64,000 bases of DNA, from assembly GCA_964016885.1 (NCBI GenBank), contig OZ024752.1:13330001-13394000 (forward strand), given 5' to 3'. The DNA is from Eledone cirrhosa (taxonomy: Eukaryota). The translations under genes were made by a program, and so were the position numbers. Shown in pieces: positions 13,179-28,295 of the stretch (position 1 is its first letter; each line of letters starts with the position of its first letter). A model generated the notes under the pieces. It made no database searches and was not told where the DNA came from. It worked only from the letters and a program-made list of their open reading frames with translations.

Positions 13179-13650
13179 GAAGTTAACGATATATAAAAAT
13201 TAAAAATATCGACTTGTTGACCCCCCAAAAAAACCCTCAATACAAAAAGCGTTAAACTATCAGGGGACTCAAATAGATATTGTTATAGGTACAACAATTT
13301 TGATATCTTGCACAAAATAAAAAATAACATATAATAAATCATAACACTGGAATATTACTTTATATTAGCAATACATAGTTCTATACATGGTCTCACAACT
13401 ATTGTTTCTCCTTCCGTATAAGCGCAATGATCACCACAATTAAATGGAAAATTACCATGCTAACATTAGAGCATTCGTCTGTGAGACAATCTAAATTAAT
13501 TAATTATACAAGACAACAATTGTCACTAGTTAAATAATTGAATCAAGACGCCAACAGTTGTTGAATGTCGAGCGTCCTGGTAGGAATTGCTACAGTAGAA
13601 GGCAGGGATAATGCTAAAAATAGTTCCTCACTGGCCGTGAAGCAACTCAA

Positions 13651-13692
<42 letters not shown>

Positions 13693-13696
13693 TGGA

Positions 13697-13735
<39 letters not shown>

Positions 13736-14174
13736 TGGAAGATAGGAAGAAAACTGAGACGCAGAAAAATAATTGTAAATAGAGTTGGTTACAATAAATA
13801 GCTTTGAAAATCGGGTAAAGGTCACCCTTAGACGAGAAAACGTGGTCATTGGTCGCCATGATAAATCGAGTTCTATATATTTCAGATACCGGCTGACTCT
13901 TCTAACGTTCAGTAATATAATAAAAACCGTGTGTATTTATCCGTAACGCACTAGAAATGACTGACGAAGGAAGAGGTGATTACGTTGACTGAGGAAGGAG
14001 GGGGTTATGTGATGACTGGGGAAGGAGGTGGAGTGAGAAACAATAGAAGTCCAACGTTCTAAGATTCGTCACAGCTGTCAAGAAACAAACATCTCTTTTT
14101 TATATTATGTATAGATATTACAATTAGCCGTCATTTTTGACGGCACGGGGCCAGCTAGTTATATAATAACCGAA

Positions 14175-15135
14175 AGGGCGGTGTTTTTGTAGTATCGGTA
14201 GAGCGTCGGACACCATGTTTCGTGACATGTAGTTATGGCCCTTTAAGTTCTGATTTCAAATGCCACCGAGGTTAGATTTGCCTTTCATCCTTACAGGATC
14301 GATAAAATAAGGCACCAATTTAGCACTGGAGTCGATTTAATCGACTTCCTTCCTCCCCCAAATTGTTGGCCTTGTGCCTAAATCAGAAACGATTATAATA
14401 ACCGAAAGGAAAATATGTTTTCCTCGTTATTATGCATTTAGGTGGTACAATGATCTCCATCTAATTGGAAGCTAAATTATACAGCTTTGAAAATGTTAAT
14501 ATTATATGCAAAGTTTGAACTCTCGAAGCGTTGCGAGATTATGAGTTTTAGAGAAAATCTTTGGAAACTTACAGAAAAATAATTGTAAATAAAGTTGATT
14601 GCTATAAATAGCTTATATATTTGTATATATACTCGAATTAACGTTGATACCCCAGAGAATCAATCCAGCTTTGAGGACTAAAATCACAAATTTTACAAGT
14701 ACATCGTGTAAAATTGGACCGCAATTTTTTACGTGTAACAGATCAACATGTGCTGTTCGAAGATTAAACCGTTTATAATCAATTGTATAATAATTGTTTC
14801 GGCTTTTGGCACAAGGCCAGTAATTACTCAGTGTATTACTGGTACTTTATTTTGTCGACTCTGTAAGGATGAAAGGCAAAGTTAACCTTGGCGATTATAA
14901 TAACCGAAAGGTCGTTGATTTGGTAGTATCGGTAGAGCGTCAGACACCATGTTTCGTAGCATATAGTTGTGGCCTTTTAAGTTCTAATTTCAAATCCTAC
15001 TTAGGTTAGATTTGCCTTTCATCCTTACAGGGTCGATAAAATAAGGCACCAGTTTAGCACTGGGCCAAATGTAATCGACTTCCCTCCTCCCCCAAATTGT
15101 TGGCCTTGTGCCTAAATCAGAAACGATTATAATAA
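14175..15135 (+). mobile_element. SINE family 1 cluster (14175-14400 +, 14792-14895 - partial, 14910-15135 +)
   Basis: gtagtatcggtagagcgtc..ttgcctttcatccttacag..gttggccttgtgcctaaatcagaaacgattat occurs twice. Confidence 0.85.
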
Positions 15136-15190
15136 CCGAAAGAAAAAAAGAATTTCCTCGTTTTTATGCACTTTGTTTATTCATAATCTT

Positions 15191-15244
15191 TGTTATATAT
15201 ATTTCGGTGATAACCGTTTGCAACAGTTATGACCTCATCAGACA
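15191..15244 (-). ncRNA. Minimal type I hammerhead ribozyme with an (AU)n stem III
   Basis: rc: ugu-CUGAUGA-ggu cauaacuguu gca aacgguuauc acc-GAAA-uauaua-UA-aca. Confidence 0.8.
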
Positions 15245-15374
15245 GCTAGAAGCTGAACAGAAAAAAACCCCATAAAAATATAAAGTTGAAATAAAGTTTA
15301 CTTCTGTTGTTACGATTCATTGATATATTGCTTTCTCAAAGCACCGATGACATATATATATATATATATTCATA

Positions 15375-15745
15375 CGCTACGAAATGGGGTTCCTCCAAAG
15401 AGTCTTTGGAGTAAAGTTACTCGAAATAGTGTGTAGCTCGAAGATCAGAGAGTCACTGCAGGTAGAGCCACTACTTCTCCGAATTGAGAGATGATAACTC
15501 TGATATTATGGGCATGTGGTTCGAATGCCTCAGGAAAGAATCGCTGGACACATTTTACGGACAAAACCAACATGCAGGCGACGCAAGGGTAGACTCTAAG
15601 CAAGATGGTTGGATAACATCCATGAGCTTGGATGGTCACGCTTGGGGATCCAACCGAATCAGTTTGAGTCGGTTGCTTCTGACAGGACTCACTGAAAAAA
15701 ATGTTTGAGGACTCTGCCCCCACAGGCCGAAGGAGAAGAAGAATA
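15375..15745 (+). mobile_element. LINE 3' fragment (RTE/RTEX-like C-terminus) with (GAA) tail
   Basis: Translates to YYGHVVRMPQERIAGHILRTKPTCRRRKGRL*ARWLDNI; ends gaaggagaagaagaa. Confidence 0.7.
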
Positions 15746-16280
15746 AGCAATCTCCTAATCAATCATCCATAGATGTAATTCTCCTGTATCTTCCTTACTA
15801 TATTGGCTAGACAATTGAACTTGTAGAATGACGCATATTTTCAATCTGTGGTCCCAAACGACAATAACAGGCCGCCGATTATATTTTAATTTGCTGGCAG
15901 ATTTAATATGTTCATCCCTATTTTCCGCAGTCCATTCCAGATTGTTCTGGCTACTTCATCATGTCTCGTGGGAAAATAGTAACTAGAAGATATTATGTCG
16001 AAGTTGGCAACGACGGCACTAACATCTTTGGTCTTTGTTTTGCAGTCTACATTTGTTGTCAGCTGTGTTCGTCTTTTGTGGAGTAGGGGTTGTTGTTGGT
16101 GTTGGGGTGGGGTTGTTGTTATTGGTGGTGGTAGTGGTGGAGTAGAGGTTGTTATCGTTGGTGGTGGTGGTGGAGTAGGGGTTGTTGGTGGTGGTGTTGT
16201 TGTTGTGGGTGCAGTTTATGTTTATGTACAATGTCCTTGAAAAGAAAATGTATATATATGTATGCATATGTATATGTATG

Positions 16281-16332
<52 letters not shown>

Positions 16333-16446
16333 TGTAACTATATATATGTATATATATGTATATATATGTATATGTATATATATATGTATATATATATGTA
16401 TGTATATATATGTATATATATGTATGTATATATATGTATATACATG

Positions 16447-16489
<43 letters not shown>

Positions 16490-16676
16490 ATATATATGTA
16501 TATATATATATGAATATGTATATATATGTATATATATGTATATACATATATGTATATGTATATATATGTATATATATATATATATATATGTGAGTATATG
16601 TATATATATATGTATATGTGTATATGTATATATCTATGTGTATATATATATATGCATATGTGCATATGTATATACC

Positions 16677-16708
<32 letters not shown>

Positions 16709-16860
16709 ACGAAGGAAATGTGGTAAGGAACCAGGTGGACCATAACGCACCAAAGTACTCAATACTTGAGGTAGTAGAGTGGGTAATAGGAACCAGTATT
16801 CTGGAGTCCAGAATTAGCCGTCGAAACGGCTTGAGCTCAGCTGTCGGGGTCTTACTGGTT

Positions 16861-16920
<60 letters not shown>

Positions 16921-16982
16921 TTTATATATAATATATATATGTGTGTGTGTGTTCATATATATATGCGTTTATGTCGTATATA

Positions 16983-17038
<56 letters not shown>

Positions 17039-18088
17039 GTCTTGATGTGGTAGCTAAGTATATATTATGTTTATACCATTACTTATTTGTATAGGTAAGT
17101 ATTTATTATATGTATGTTTTGTGAAGGTACGTATACTTTCTAGTACGTATATTTGCTTGTATAAGTTATAGGCGTATATATTATATTATATATACTGGTA
17201 CATGTGCATATGGTTATGTGTATACGTGAGTTTTACGTCTGTGTGAGTATGAGGGCTCGTACGTATGTAGGATGTGTGTATATGTGTACTTTGTGTTTTG
17301 GTTGACGTGCGCTTAGCGAACTTATGTGTATTTACATGTATGTATGTGTGCGCGCGCGTTATATACGTATTTATGTGTGCATATTTATATACGTTTATGT
17401 AACTATATGCATACACGCAGACACACACATATATATATATATATATATTTTATATATATTCTTATGTGTATTTGGGGAATACGTTCGTATGTGTACGGGT
17501 ACAGGCGTTGCGTGGGTTCTATATGTGTGTGCGTGCTTTTTTGTGTACGTGCTTGTATTTGCATACACATGGCGTGTGTTTTCGCGTATGCATGTGTATG
17601 TACGTATATGGATGCGTGCATGTATATTTTAAATTTTTGTTGATTTCAATTCCCACTGTAATTTATTTACATTATTCTTAACTCTGAAGCCGAGAATCAT
17701 TCGGTTTCCTAAACAGAGTTTTAGTCTACGACTTCAGTTATACCGTAAACGTGGTTTTGTCTTTGCGTGTAATTGTTCTCATCGTATATACATATTTATA
17801 TATAAGTATATATATATATATATATATATTAGAAAGTGAGGTTCTTTTACAAAATGAAAAATAACCGAGGTGTCCTACACGAGTGAAAGTATAAAGAAAA
17901 AAAGATGAAATCGAAAATGCAACTGGAGTCTTATTTAAAAAAATATATATATATAAGACTCCAGTTGCATTTTCGATTTAGATTTAATTGCTGAAAATTG
18001 TTTCTTCCAAGACTAGGCTTGGAGCCATCTTCAAGATGGCCTAGTACAGAACAAAGAAGAGGCACAAAAACAAAGAAAAGAATCCTCA

Positions 18089-18131
18089 GTCACTGAAGAG
18101 GTCACAGAATGTGTGACGAAAGAACTTTGAC
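18089..18131 (+). ncRNA. Minimal hammerhead ribozyme (family A)
   Basis: guca-CUGAAGA-g-gucaca gaaug ugugac-GAAAG-aa-CUU-ugac. Confidence 0.75.
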
Positions 18132-18283
18132 AATATAAGAACAATCGTCTGGTTGTGGAAGCAACCAGCCAACCGGAAATTTATAAATTCCTAAATTTAT
18201 AAATTTAATTTTATAATAAATTGAAGTGAAAGCAGCTGGTGCGTGTGTTTCTTATTGGCGGCAACATGACCCTCCCAAAGTAT

Positions 18284-18348
<65 letters not shown>

Positions 18349-18557
18349 TACTTATATATATATATATACTTATATATATACATATATATATATACTTACA
18401 TATATCTACACATATATATATACACATATATATAATATATATATATACTTATATATATATATACATATATATATATACTTATATATATACATATATACTT
18501 ATATATATATATATACTTATATATATATATATATACTTATATATATATATATATACC

Positions 18558-18638
<81 letters not shown>

Positions 18639-18706
18639 AAAAAAAGATGAAATCGAAAATGCAACTGGAGTCTTATTTTAAAAAAATATACATATTTATT
18701 TGGTTC

Positions 18707-18742
18707 CTTTACCGGTTTCGCAGTTCTTCTGCTTTTCAAAAG
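18707..18742 (-). ncRNA. Hammerhead ribozyme, U3-A8 core variant (family B)
   Basis: rc: cuu-UUGAAAA-gcag aagaa cugc-GAAAC-cg-GUA-aag. Confidence 0.7.
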
Positions 18743-18761
18743 TAGAGTTGAGATGGAGGGT

Positions 18762-18825
<64 letters not shown>

Positions 18826-18981
18826 TTTTGAGTTTATGTTGGTTGTATACCAACACCTCAGTATGCAGGCTGGAGCACTCGACTCCAGTTCCCCAGTGAA
18901 TTAACAACCCAGCATATCAGAGTATTGACAATATCATACACCTAAACAACATATGTACTTGTCTATATCATACTAATTCAA

Positions 18982-19036
18982 ACTGCCTGAAGAGGTCACA
19001 GCCAAAGATGGCTGTCACTGAAATATATATAGCAGT
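18982..19036 (+). ncRNA. Minimal type I hammerhead ribozyme with an (AU)n stem III
   Basis: acugc-CUGAAGA-ggucacagcca aaga uggcugucacu-GAAA-uauaua-UA-gcagu; diverged homologue at 45372-45427(-). Confidence 0.8.
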
Positions 19037-19084
19037 AATAAACGAAGCTAAATTTTAATCATTTGACTTTTATTTAACTTTATT

Positions 19085-20421
<1,337 letters not shown>

Positions 20422-20478
20422 TACTTCCACTCGTGTAGGACACCTCGGTTATTTTTCATTTTGTAAAAAAAACCTCAC

Positions 20479-20542
<64 letters not shown>

Positions 20543-20837
20543 TTATATATATATACTTATATATATATATATTTATATATACTTATATATATATATATAC
20601 TTATATATATATATATATTTACCTATATATAGTATTAAGGATACTATTTATGGTTATGTATGTAATAAAACCTTTAATGGTAATATATTATTTATACAAA
20701 CCTTAAATAGTGAAAGATAGTCATTAATTATTATCCTATTACCAGTAAGATAAATAGTTCAATGTAATAACATCAGTTGTTTTACAGAGCAGTTATATAG
20801 AGATTACAATAATCAAAGTTCAGTTTAAGTCATTTAT

Positions 20838-20886
20838 TTGCTTACAATTGTTTCCTCCAAACCGAGGTTTGGATTCTTCGGAGCAA
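20838..20886 (-). ncRNA. PLE pseudo-LTR hammerhead (U4C variant)
   Basis: rc: uugcu-CCGAAGA-a-uccaaacc uc gguuugga-g-GAAAC-aauu-GUA-agcaa. Confidence 0.82.
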
Positions 20887-21561
20887 CTATTTACTGATCT
20901 ATAACATACTTGACCTCCTTTTCAACCCAAGAGACATATAAGACATATGCGCATATTGACCAACAGTGGGGTGACATTCATCAAATGATATAGCATGGCA
21001 ATTTACATATAAAGGTTACAGGATAAAAATAAAAATAAAAACAAAAATGAAAATAAAGATAAACATGAAGCGTTGGCAGTCTATGAAAATAAAGCAAGAG
21101 GAAAGTTTAGAGTAGTCAGTGTATGAAACAATCTCACGTGTAGCATGCACGCGTGTCTTATTTATACATGATTAGAGTGCGTCAGAATGATATTTGCAGG
21201 GTCAGGCAGTTGAAGCAGGCAATCGATCTTATTATGTGGGCTGAATTATTAAGTCATTTATTCGCATACATCTGTATGATATACAGTCCCGGATGCAGGG
21301 AAACACCAAAATATCAGAAACTTTCAACATACTATAAACCTTATTGTATCATAGGCAAAGCCGTACCACTGTCTTCGCTCACCACTCACATAATCCATGA
21401 GATGCAATATATAGAACACGTGTCTATCGTATAATTCACGATGGTTCGGCATATAATCAAGTTATATACCGTATCCAGTCGGTTCTTAATTAATAGATCA
21501 TGCTGTTTAGATTCCGGAAGTGTCTGAATGACTAAGGGGAGTTAAAGCGTAAGGGGAGGTA

Positions 21562-22703
21562 TCTTATGACATAAACACATTTAACAATAACTCGCAGTAT
21601 TATAATCAGGCATTAGCTAGATCAGGCCATAATACAGGGATAGAGTTCCTACCTACAAAAACACATAGCTACAACATCATTTCACACAACATGTCCAGGG
21701 GAAAATTTAATAATAGGAATAGCAACTGCACACACACTAATAGGGATAGTAACAACAAAAGTAACCCGCACCACAGAAATTACCATACGAACATTAAAGG
21801 AAACAAATCACCAGACATAAAAAACAGAAATAGAAGAAGAAATAATACATTTTTCAACCCTCCTTTCAATTTAAACGTCTCTACCAACCTACCTAGGGCT
21901 TTCTTCTCACTACTAGATAAACACTTCCCATCCGGCCACAGGTACCACGGCCTTTTAAACAAAAACACTATTAAGATCTCATACTCTACTACGCCTAACT
22001 TAGCATACCACATAGCTAGTACAAATAAAAGAAAAATTAACTCTTACTTCCAACAAACTAAATCACAACAGTCGATAAACCTTCAAATTAACATTCAAAA
22101 TAACAGTCAAAGTAACATTATAGCAACTAACCGTATTATCAATGGAAATAATAGTAATAGCACTAGTGTAAACATTAACGCTGCGTACCACAACCCACAT
22201 AACCATAACCCTATAGTTAAAATCCAAACTTCTACACAGCATAGTAACCGGCAGACTAGCACCCAGAGTAATTGTAACTGTAGATCAAGTAGAACCTGCC
22301 CTTTAGATAAAAAATGCTTAACCAAGGATATCATATACTCATGTACAGTCACAACTAACAACTCTTCTGAAACCTATATAGGCTCTACTTCTAACTGCTT
22401 CAAAACTAGATACAATTCGTACCTCCACTCTTTCAAAAAACACAGTCTAGCCAACTCCACTTCACTATCCAGCTACATACACTATCTAAAAACTAAAAAT
22501 AAAATATATACACTTAAATGGGAAGTGGTAGGTAGTGCAACATCGTACAAACCACCTAATAAATTTTGTAACCTCTGTCTACTAGAGACCCATACTATCA
22601 TCTTCTCTAAACATAATCTCCTTAATAAAAAAAATCAGAAGTGTTCGCAACTTGCCAACACCGCTTCCGACACTCGTTCCAAAACTTTAAACCCTATATA
22701 TAA
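21562..22703 (+). pseudogene. PLE ORF remnant: RT thumb/linker + GIY-YIG endonuclease
   Basis: NSQYYNQALARSGH..FFNPPFNLNVSTN..CNCRSSRTCPLDKKCLTKDIIYSC..ETYIGST..CNLCLLE. Frameshift in the A-run at ~22626; native stop at 22701-22703. Confidence 0.9.
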
Positions 22704-24629
22704 TAATGTCAGACTGGAACCGGCACCACCCCTAGCAATTAACATCAGTAGCTCACCTTACACCTCACATCCACACCCATTTATATACTCTAAAGATAAT
22801 ACTGACAGCATTTTAGTACCACCTACCCTGGGAATACCCCCTTGTACCTCTAATTCTGATACCTCGACCGTGGACTACTTAAACTGCATTGCACAAGTAT
22901 AAGATTAGTATAAACCGCGGACACGGTACTGGTTGCGATAACATAGTCCTGTGCATGGATTGCCACCAAGAGATAGATTGATGATTAGATAGATAATCGT
23001 ATTGTTATGTGAATATATACTGTAAACGATCAGTTCAATGAACTATCCACAGGTGACGCACGAGTTAGGAGCCTCTGTGTTGCTTGGTGACCGGACCGGC
23101 ATCTTTTGACGAGAGAACCGGCCACTGGACCACCCTGGTGAATTTACCGGGGATGCAGTCATACTACGACCTGAATCTCGCCGGGAGTCATGTACGATAA
23201 TAAGACCATTACTGATAGTGAGACCCATGTAATTAATTAGGTAGTCTGACTCTTCTTATGGATTGGCCAGGTGTGGCACCCCATGTCGGATTGTAGTCTT
23301 CATGATATGAACTCCCTTAGTACTTGTTACTGGACTCCACTCTAGCCTGTGGATGGGATACCTGATCTATATGTGGGATGCGAGTTTATGTATTGCTTGG
23401 TGGCCAGACAGGTGTCCTGGTTTGAGAGATTTAATCTCCAGATTGTAATCATCATGATATGAACTCCTTTAGTACCTATTAATAGACTCCACTATAACTT
23501 GTAGATGTGATACCTAATTGATTTATATATGAGATGGGGGTTGTCTATTGCTTGATGACCAGACTAGTGCCTTTATATGGGAAATTGGATCTCCGGACCA
23601 CCCCGAAGGTATTCAGATTTACCGGGGATTCAGACATGCAATGACCCGGAGCATACCGGGGGGGGGGGGGGTTATATAATAGTGGGACCATACCAGGTCC
23701 TACTGTTATATTACATTTGCATGGAGCAGTGATTTGAGAGTCTGACTCCTCTTATAGAATGTTCAGATATGACACCCCTTAATGGATGGTAATCATCCTA
23801 ATATATACACCCTTGTACTTCTTAATGGACAACTCTCTAACCTATAAATGGGAAACATACTCTAGAAATTAGTTATAACTTGATATGATAGGCACGTATT
23901 TGAATCACCATTAATGTAGTTTAGGATAATAATTTAACCAAGATAACTAGCTAGTTACCTCCCCTTACGCTTTAACTCCCCTTAGTCATTCAGACACTTC
24001 CGGAATCTAAACAGCATGATCTATTAATTAAGAACCGACTGGATACGGTATATAACTTGATTATATGCCGAACCATCGTGAATTATACGATAGACACGTG
24101 TTCTATATATTGCGTCTCATGGATTATGTGAGTGGTGAGCGAAGACAGTGGTACGGCTTTGCCTATGATACAATAAGGTTTATAGTATGTTGAAAGTTTC
24201 TGATATTTTGGTGTTTCCCTGCATCCGGGACTGTATATCATACAGATGTATGCGAATAAATGACTTAATAATTCAGCCCACATAATAAGATCGATTGCCT
24301 GCTTCAACTGCCTGACCCTGCAAATATCATTCTGACGCACTCTAATCATGTATAAATAAGACACGCATGCATGCTACACGTGAGATTGTTTCATACACTG
24401 ACTATTCTAAACTTTCCTCTTGCTTTATCTTCATAGACTGCCAACGCTTCATGTTTATCTTTATTTTCATTTTGTTTTTATTTTTATTTTTATCCTGTAA
24501 CCTTTATATGTAAATTGCCATGCTATATCATTTGATGAATGTCACCCCACTGTTGATCAATATGCGCATATGTCTTATATGTCTCTTGGGTTGAAAAGGA
24601 GGTCAAGTATGTTATAGATCAGTAAATAG

Positions 24630-24678
24630 TTGCTCCGAAGAATCCAAACCTCGGTTTGGAGGAAACAATTGTAAGCAA
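24630..24678 (+). ncRNA. PLE pseudo-LTR hammerhead (U4C variant)
   Basis: uugcu-CCGAAGA-a-uccaaacc uc gguuugga-g-GAAAC-aauu-GUA-agcaa. Confidence 0.82.
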
Positions 24679-24774
24679 ATAAATGACTTAAACTGAACTT
24701 TGATTATTGTAATCTCTATACCTATATATATATATACTTATATATATATATACATACTTATATATATATACTTA

Positions 24775-25468
24775 TTTTATGGAACCATAACATCTTCAAT
24801 AGAAAAACTATAAAACTTTCATACTCTACTGCAGCCAACATTGAATGGTTCATACGCAAGATGAACCACAAAAATACCTCTAAGAAAACTATCCTACCTA
24901 TACGCAACATAGCACAAAACACTAAACACAAACGCATTACTTTATCACAACCACAAACGCATAGGAACACACCACAGCACAACATCAATAGGCATGAATC
25001 ACAACCCGCACATAACATTTTGCAAAACCGCAATGTGAAAGCTGCAATAGTCACCTACCAGATGAGTGCCCATTAGCGAATAGGTGCCTAGATTCTAGCC
25101 TAGTGTACATGTGTACTGTAAACTCGGGGAACCCCACATGGCACTACATTGGATCCACCGCGGGTGTTTTTAAAAAAAGGTGGTTTGTACACAGACATTC
25201 AATGAAGAACCGTACACTGGTAAATTCTACAACCTTCGCCAATAAAATCTAGCAACTTAAGGACAAAAACCTTGATTACAATATTATCTGGTCGAAATTA
25301 GCGGCCGCAAAGGCCTATAGCAGCGGTATGTCTCATTGCGGGCTCTGCAACCTTGAATTGCTACATATCTTAAGGAACGATACAATGCTACTCAACAGCA
25401 AAATAGAAAGGTTAATTTTCTGCAGACATAGGATTGCTACAAAATTCACGAGATTTAAACCACCGTGA
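24775..25468 (+). pseudogene. Decayed GIY-YIG region of a third, divergent PLE family
   Basis: IFNRKTIKLSYSTAANIE ... HYIGSTAGVFKKRWFVHRHSMKNRTLVNSTT..YNIIWSKL..AYSSGMSHCGLCNLE..LLNSKIE..CRHR..RFKPP*, with internal stops. Confidence 0.85.
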
Positions 25469-26713
25469 TTCGAACCAGCATCCTCTATATTAATGGAAAA
25501 TCACTTAGCATTTAACATATGAAATCCGCATTCTCACACAGCCCATTTCAGAACCATAATCTTCTATAATAACCTTCTAGCCTCCCTACATCTATACCAC
25601 CAGGATGGGGCAGTAATGTCTACAACTATCTTGTCAGCCAATATATCAATCCCATCTTTTCTGTTGTTTATTCTTTCGGACCAAACAATTATATCTACGT
25701 ATCTCATATTTGCACTCATTATCTCTAACAGATGAACTTAATTCTAAGTACATTATCTTATTACCCCTACACTCATTGAAATCTTCTTTTCTTCTTCTTA
25801 TTATTATGATCATCTCAATATATCCCTAATTTTATTCATCATGTTCACTCTATTTACCATGCTTCTTTTATTGTTTTTATTACTTTTATTGTTGTTATTA
25901 TTGTCTTATTTACACACTGTTTGTTATTGATGTTGTGAAAACTAAACCCCATGATTCGAACTAACAATCCCAACTTTTAGAATAGGCCACCTAAACCTTT
26001 AAATACTGAATCTACAACTTCACTTAATACCACATAAGAACCATATATCTCTATACACCTACTCTATCCATCTCACTAAGTTGATACAACGAAAATACTT
26101 ATCTGTCAAACTATAAATCAATCTCCGGTTTATTGCTAGTGTGCTTTTAGACCTACAGCACACTTATATCCCTCATAATTACTCCTAAATCCTGACTCCA
26201 AGTACATTTTATCAGTTATCTCTTCACCCCTTTAATACTACATCTAATGTACCCTATAGCAGTTTTCACATGTCAATTTCATACATCTGTATCATATCAG
26301 TTCGTTTAATATGCTACATTTATCATTACACTCTATTTCTTACTTATATTAATGTTATTATTTTAACTATTCAGTATCTAGTTATTTTATTATTGATATT
26401 ATTGTTCTGGTTTAACGATTGACGCAACATCAAGCGATTAGTGAACTCTAGACCTACCAGATCAAAGAAACAATTGTCAGCAATGTGAATATAGCCAACC
26501 ATGTCACTCTCCTTTCTTGAATTATTATTACTCCAAGTATAACCTACATAGAAATCACCGCGAACTCGCAGCATCACTATGGAAACGTCTTGTTGAGTCA
26601 AACAAAGCCATACGTTAATACGATGCACAACACGGAGTACTCTAATTGGACTACATCTAAGTTGACTACATGTAAGTGGACTCCCTATAACGATAACCTG
26701 TGATTCCGTATTT

Positions 26714-26744
<31 letters not shown>

Positions 26745-27486
26745 TAAATTAATAAAAATAATGAATAAAAACAAAGAAACAGTTCCTCATATTAAAAAAT
26801 TCATCATTTTACGATCGTTTCTAGGATATATATGTGTGTGTTGGTATGTATATCATATAGATCTATGTAAAAGTTTTACAAACTATCAGAGGGAATATAC
26901 ATACCTACACATATATATGCTGTCTTCAGAAATAATGATATTTGTTTATTGAAAAAAACCAATGAAGATTTAATATAATAGGTCTGTTTGGGAACAGGTT
27001 TTGAATTGACCAATAGAAAGGTAGTAAGTGGTCAAGATGATAGAATAGTAGTAATAGAAATTTAATTTAGGTGTAGAGGAAAGCAGACTTCAGTTTTGAA
27101 TGGAAAGAGTATTTTGAATGAAAAGATTACTTTGGGGATGAAAAGAGATCAAGCCGGTGAAAGGTACACGAAAATTTGATGTTATAAAAGAATAATGCTA
27201 ATGTTAAAATCTAAGGAGAATAAAATTTTACGATAAATGTGTTAGTAAAAAATATCAATCTTATTTAAAACATAAGGAATTTACATCTATAAAAAGAAAA
27301 TAAATTAATTTAATTGATAGGTATATTTATATTGATAAATTTATATTAATTCATATAGATATGATAAATAAGAGTTAGATTAATTGAAGAATGTTGTTAA
27401 AAAAAATCTTCTCTTTTCATGATATTTGGATTACATTTAGTTCTTCATACGGATTGGACACTACCGTATATTTTGGTAGATTTATC

Positions 27487-27541
<55 letters not shown>

Positions 27542-27677
27542 CAACTAATACCTAACACTTCACACAAAGTAAAACATTTCGTTTTAAACATTTTCTAACC
27601 CAGAAAAAAGAGAGAGAGAAACAAAAAAGGAAAAAAAAAGCATTTTTTCTTCCTAATAATCGTCTCTTTCTCCTTGT

Positions 27678-27738
<61 letters not shown>

Positions 27739-27753
27739 TTTTAATATAGATGA

Positions 27754-27802
27754 GATTCTACAGGACTAGAACTGTTTCCATCTTTAGAAATCATCAGGAA
27801 TC
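27754..27802 (-). ncRNA. Type I hammerhead ribozyme (family C)
   Basis: rc: gauuc-CUGAUGA-uuuc uaaa gaug-GAAACAG-uucuaguc-CUGUA-gaauc. Confidence 0.75.
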
Positions 27803-28264
27803 TGACTGTCCAAAATAAATGTTGTGGTATTTATATCTTTTCAGGTGGTAGGAGAGGGTGGGGAGTGGGATGGGTGGAGGTCATTGGTTGAAAGAAAATG
27901 GAATTCATTAAAAGCTAATTCTTTAAGGCTATAATTTATATTTAGAGTGACAAAGGCAGAAAGAATTCTATAAACAAGTTCAAATTGGGGTGCCACTCCT
28001 TATTTTTAAGTTTCTCTTAAGCTAACAATGCCTATATTTTAGATGTCTGTAAAATGGTTGGGGGTCGGTCATGGTTGATGGATTTAAAGAAAAGGGAAAT
28101 TCTTTAAAAGCTAATTCTTTAAAGCTCTCCTTAGAGTGACAAAGGCCAAGAGAATTCTATAAACCAGTTCAAATATTGGATGCCTATCATTATTGTCATG
28201 TTTCTCTTAAGCTATATTTCAGGTGTCAACAGTCACATTCACATACACACACACAGACACACAC

Positions 28265-28295
<31 letters not shown>

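Larger units (their letters stand above)
20630..24720 (+). mobile_element. 5'-truncated Penelope-like element with an inverted 5' pseudo-LTR
   Basis: 20796-21561 is the reverse complement of 23956-24720. The ORF remnant between the arms is homologous to the C-terminal half of the 819-aa PLE protein. Each arm has a hammerhead. Confidence 0.92.

Noticed and set aside
15995-16267. Gly/Val-rich or Thr/Asn-rich ORFs
   Set aside because: (GGT/GTT)n simple repeat.
21153-21434. Duplicated 93-aa ORF (also 24083-24364) and the 71-aa ORFs at 37420 and 41619
   Set aside because: Antisense to the PLEs inside pseudo-LTRs and not conserved between the two PLE families.
22626-22902. Novel C-terminal extension of the GIY-YIG ORF
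   Set aside because: Caused by a frameshift in an A-run; the homologous end (SEVFATCQHR..FKPYI*) is in another frame.
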